Source: Octopus vulgaris (Eukaryota). Taken from it: a stretch of DNA of 64,000 bases. Shown here in pieces: positions 61,428 through 64,000 of this stretch. The notes beneath the pieces are model-generated. The model saw nothing but the letters and a program-made list of their open reading frames with translations. It was not told the DNA's origin and searched no databases. The position numbers and the translations under genes are program-made. Numbering within the stretch: position 1 is the first letter of the stretch; each line of letters begins with the position of its first letter. The stretch spans positions 176,638,001 through 176,702,000 of the forward strand of contig OX597814.1 in the NCBI GenBank assembly GCA_951406725.2, written 5' to 3'.

Positions 61428-62049
61428 TGGTGGTTTTCAACCATTTTTCACTTCTGGACCCCTTCCTTTACTATTTTATTCTGGTGGACCTTCCTAGCCA
61501 TTCGATGTTTAAAGACTAGTTTTATAGATATTTCTTTCAGAATTTCTGTTTTATTATTTACACATCTACTAATGTCAGCTGAACTATGTATAATGTTAGA
61601 GAAAGAAACCTCATCATTTCATGCAATAGAAACTTTTAAATCAAAACTTAAAATACTACTGTGGGTCCTCAATTTACTATTTTGCTAGCATGCTCCTCCC
61701 CAACAAAAATCTTATATATGGACAACTAGGGGCTGAGAATCATAGATCTAGACCCATACTCTACAACCGGTATGCTACGAGATGATGTTAGGTGTGCCAC
61801 AGTGTAACCTGAATATAATTTTTTCCCTATACTTTTAGTTATATTTTTAGGTGTGTTGCCGAATTTTGAAAAGAATATAAGTGTGCTGCAAGTGTAAAAA
61901 GGTTGCAGAGCACTGCCCTAGACCAATCATGGGCAAACTGTGACCCAAAGGACTTTTTTGAATGACATGACTATCAAAAAGCTATCTTGAATCTTTTTAG
62001 TAGCACATTCTGCCTGACAATGAGCCATGTCACATACAGCCCATCACTG
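61428..62049. mobile_element. Three abutting hAT (Charlie-like) MITEs
   Basis: Elements 61428-61745, 61754-61915 and 61924-62049 with decayed CAGTG...CACTG TIRs, separated by 8-bp NNCTAGNN sites. Confidence 0.65.
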
Positions 62050-62102
62050 ACCTAGTTAGTAGCCAGGCAATGAAAAAGTACCCTTCCTAAACACTTATGT
62101 GT

Positions 62103-62570
62103 GAAGGTGTGTGGCTTAGTAGTAAGGGTATTTGGCGCACGATTGTAAGGTCATGAGTTCAATTCCCAGCAACACAATGTGTCCTTGAGCAAGACACTTT
62201 ATTCCACATTGCTCCAATCAACTCAGCTGACAAAAATGAGTAGTACCTGTATTTCAAAGGGCCAGCTTTGTCACACTCTGTGTCATACCGAATCTCCCTG
62301 AGAACTATATTAACCCTTTCGTTACTGTATTTAATCTGAGATGCTCTGTGTTTCTTTCAATTGCTTTAAACATAACAAAGAATTTAGTAAAATAACTTAG
62401 TTATCAGTCAGCTAGTGTTAGGAACATAAATTGTGATTAAAGTCTGAAAGGGTTAAAGATACATATATCTGTGGAGTGTTTAATCACTTGCACGTTAATT
62501 TAACGAGCAGGCTGTTCCATTGATTGGCTCTAACTGGAGCCTTTGTTGTCATAACTGACAGAGTGCCAGT
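62103..62570 (+). mobile_element. Family D/C-like SINE with a piggyBac MITE (~62310-62456) inserted at TTAA
   Basis: SINE body continues after GGG|TTAA. Confidence 0.7.
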
Positions 62571-63102
62571 TAAACATTCATGAAGAACAGTAGTTCTAGC
62601 TTAGTACTCCCCTTTTTGCAGAATGGCATTTCATAAACACTCACAACTCATATATTTCGAATAACAAAAAGAGAAATAAGGAAGGGACAGACTATTTTAA
62701 ATCAAATAGAAGCTAATTTATATATTGATTTATTATCCACATATTCCTAAATTATCCCAGCCACCATGTGCCTCTTTCTAGATACTCACAAGGAATAGTG
62801 TGCTTCTATGCTAAATTTCTATAGAAATCACTAAAGGTGAGGACTTATAAAATGAAGTTAAGTTTAGATTTATATTTTTCATGCATGTAAATAAAAAACA
62901 AATGGAACAAAAGATGACATTACAATTTCAAGTTTAAATAAAATATTAGCATTATTAGTGGTATTAAGGAATCAAACATGTATCTTAGTATTTGGCTAAC
63001 TTCAAGACAAATGAAAAAAATATAATAATAATATATGATATTCATTCAACAAATTATTTTCCAAACACAATATTTAATAACTGAAAAATAATTAATGTCT
63101 AC

Positions 63103-63144
63103 CTTGTACTTGAAACAGTCATATTTCTGCACTTTTGCCAATCA
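63103..63144 (-). CDS. Candidate upstream MCRIP exon (DWQKCRNMTVSST(S); ATG at 63122)
   Basis: Donor AAG|GTAGAC is phase 2 and joins exon 57280 in frame (MTVSSTS-SQKSVFNGKR); acceptor is weak. Confidence 0.45.
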
Positions 63145-64000
63145 CTATTTTTTTTTAAATATGTAAAATATAAGTGACAAAGGACTGAGATATCTGATAC
63201 CATGCTGTGCTTAAGAAGACATATCCACTACAACAGGCTTGATATCTTAGAACTGTCTTGGTAAAATGCTTGTATGTGAGGAGCTTTGACCCCACCTAGC
63301 TTCCCCAACATCTCATTCCCTAACACTCATCACTTCTTTATCTCTGGTATTATTCGGCAACCATAATCACCTGAGAGCAGAATAGGCCACATCTCCTCCC
63401 TTTTGTTACTGTCTTCTTCCATTCCCTACCCCAAAACCACTTACATTCCTCATTATCTTCTTCCAGCCATGCTCTTTCCGCTTAGAGCCACTTCCATTCC
63501 TTGTTACCTTTTTTTCATCCATGCTCTCTCCTTTCTGCTATGATCCATCCATGTTTACACCTTTCATTCCCTATCTCTCCCAATACCCTCACACATTTAA
63601 CATAACACCTCCCCCTTCAGCCACTCCTTTCTCTCACAAGTCATCCCTGTCCCATCTTACTATCTCTCCTCACATTCTTATAAAACTGTCTCTTCTGTCA
63701 CCCCTGCTCACCCATCCAATACAATTCTCAGCATCACTTCAACTATATTCACCCCATTGTACATTGAGGGGATACCCTGACACATTCACCACCATCTCTC
63801 TCCTTCTCAATCTTCTCTCCAAGTTCTTCTTTCTCTCCCTTCTTCTCCAACAGGGATATCCTTGTATCTCTTCTACAAGACACCTGTCTCTATCCCTCTA
63901 TTATTCTTTTAACCTCTAAACTGGCACAGAGCCACTTCTCTCAATACTAGTCTCCTAGCTGAAGGGACTTCATTTTGTCTTCACAAATTACTTGGGTGAC

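Overview
AT-rich, repeat-dominated eukaryotic DNA. The tRNA-derived SINE families, RTE LINE tails ending in (GAT)n and microsatellite load point to an octopus (coleoid cephalopod) genome; this is inferred from repeat content. I could rebuild two intron-rich genes on the minus strand from splice signals and frame continuity. (1) An MCRIP/FAM195-family gene with coding exons 57168-57280, 51284-51337, 44642-44692 and 38378-38448, plus a probable upstream exon near 63103-63144. (2) The 5' part of a QRICH2/C16orf96-like coiled-coil gene with exons 25208-25960, 19667-19741, 12741-12818, 9326-9368 and 4462-4505, continuing off the left edge. The rest is mobile DNA: a complete non-coding LTR retroelement (TSD, PBS, PPT), solo LTRs, RTE and R4-like LINE relics, mariner/Tc1 relics, non-autonomous Helitrons, piggyBac- and hAT-type MITEs, a foldback element, several SINE families, and two Penelope-type minimal hammerhead ribozyme motifs. 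Nearly all ORFs in the supplied track are repeat or microsatellite artefacts. Family assignments come from remembered motifs, not database searches; repeat boundaries are approximate unless TSDs are quoted.
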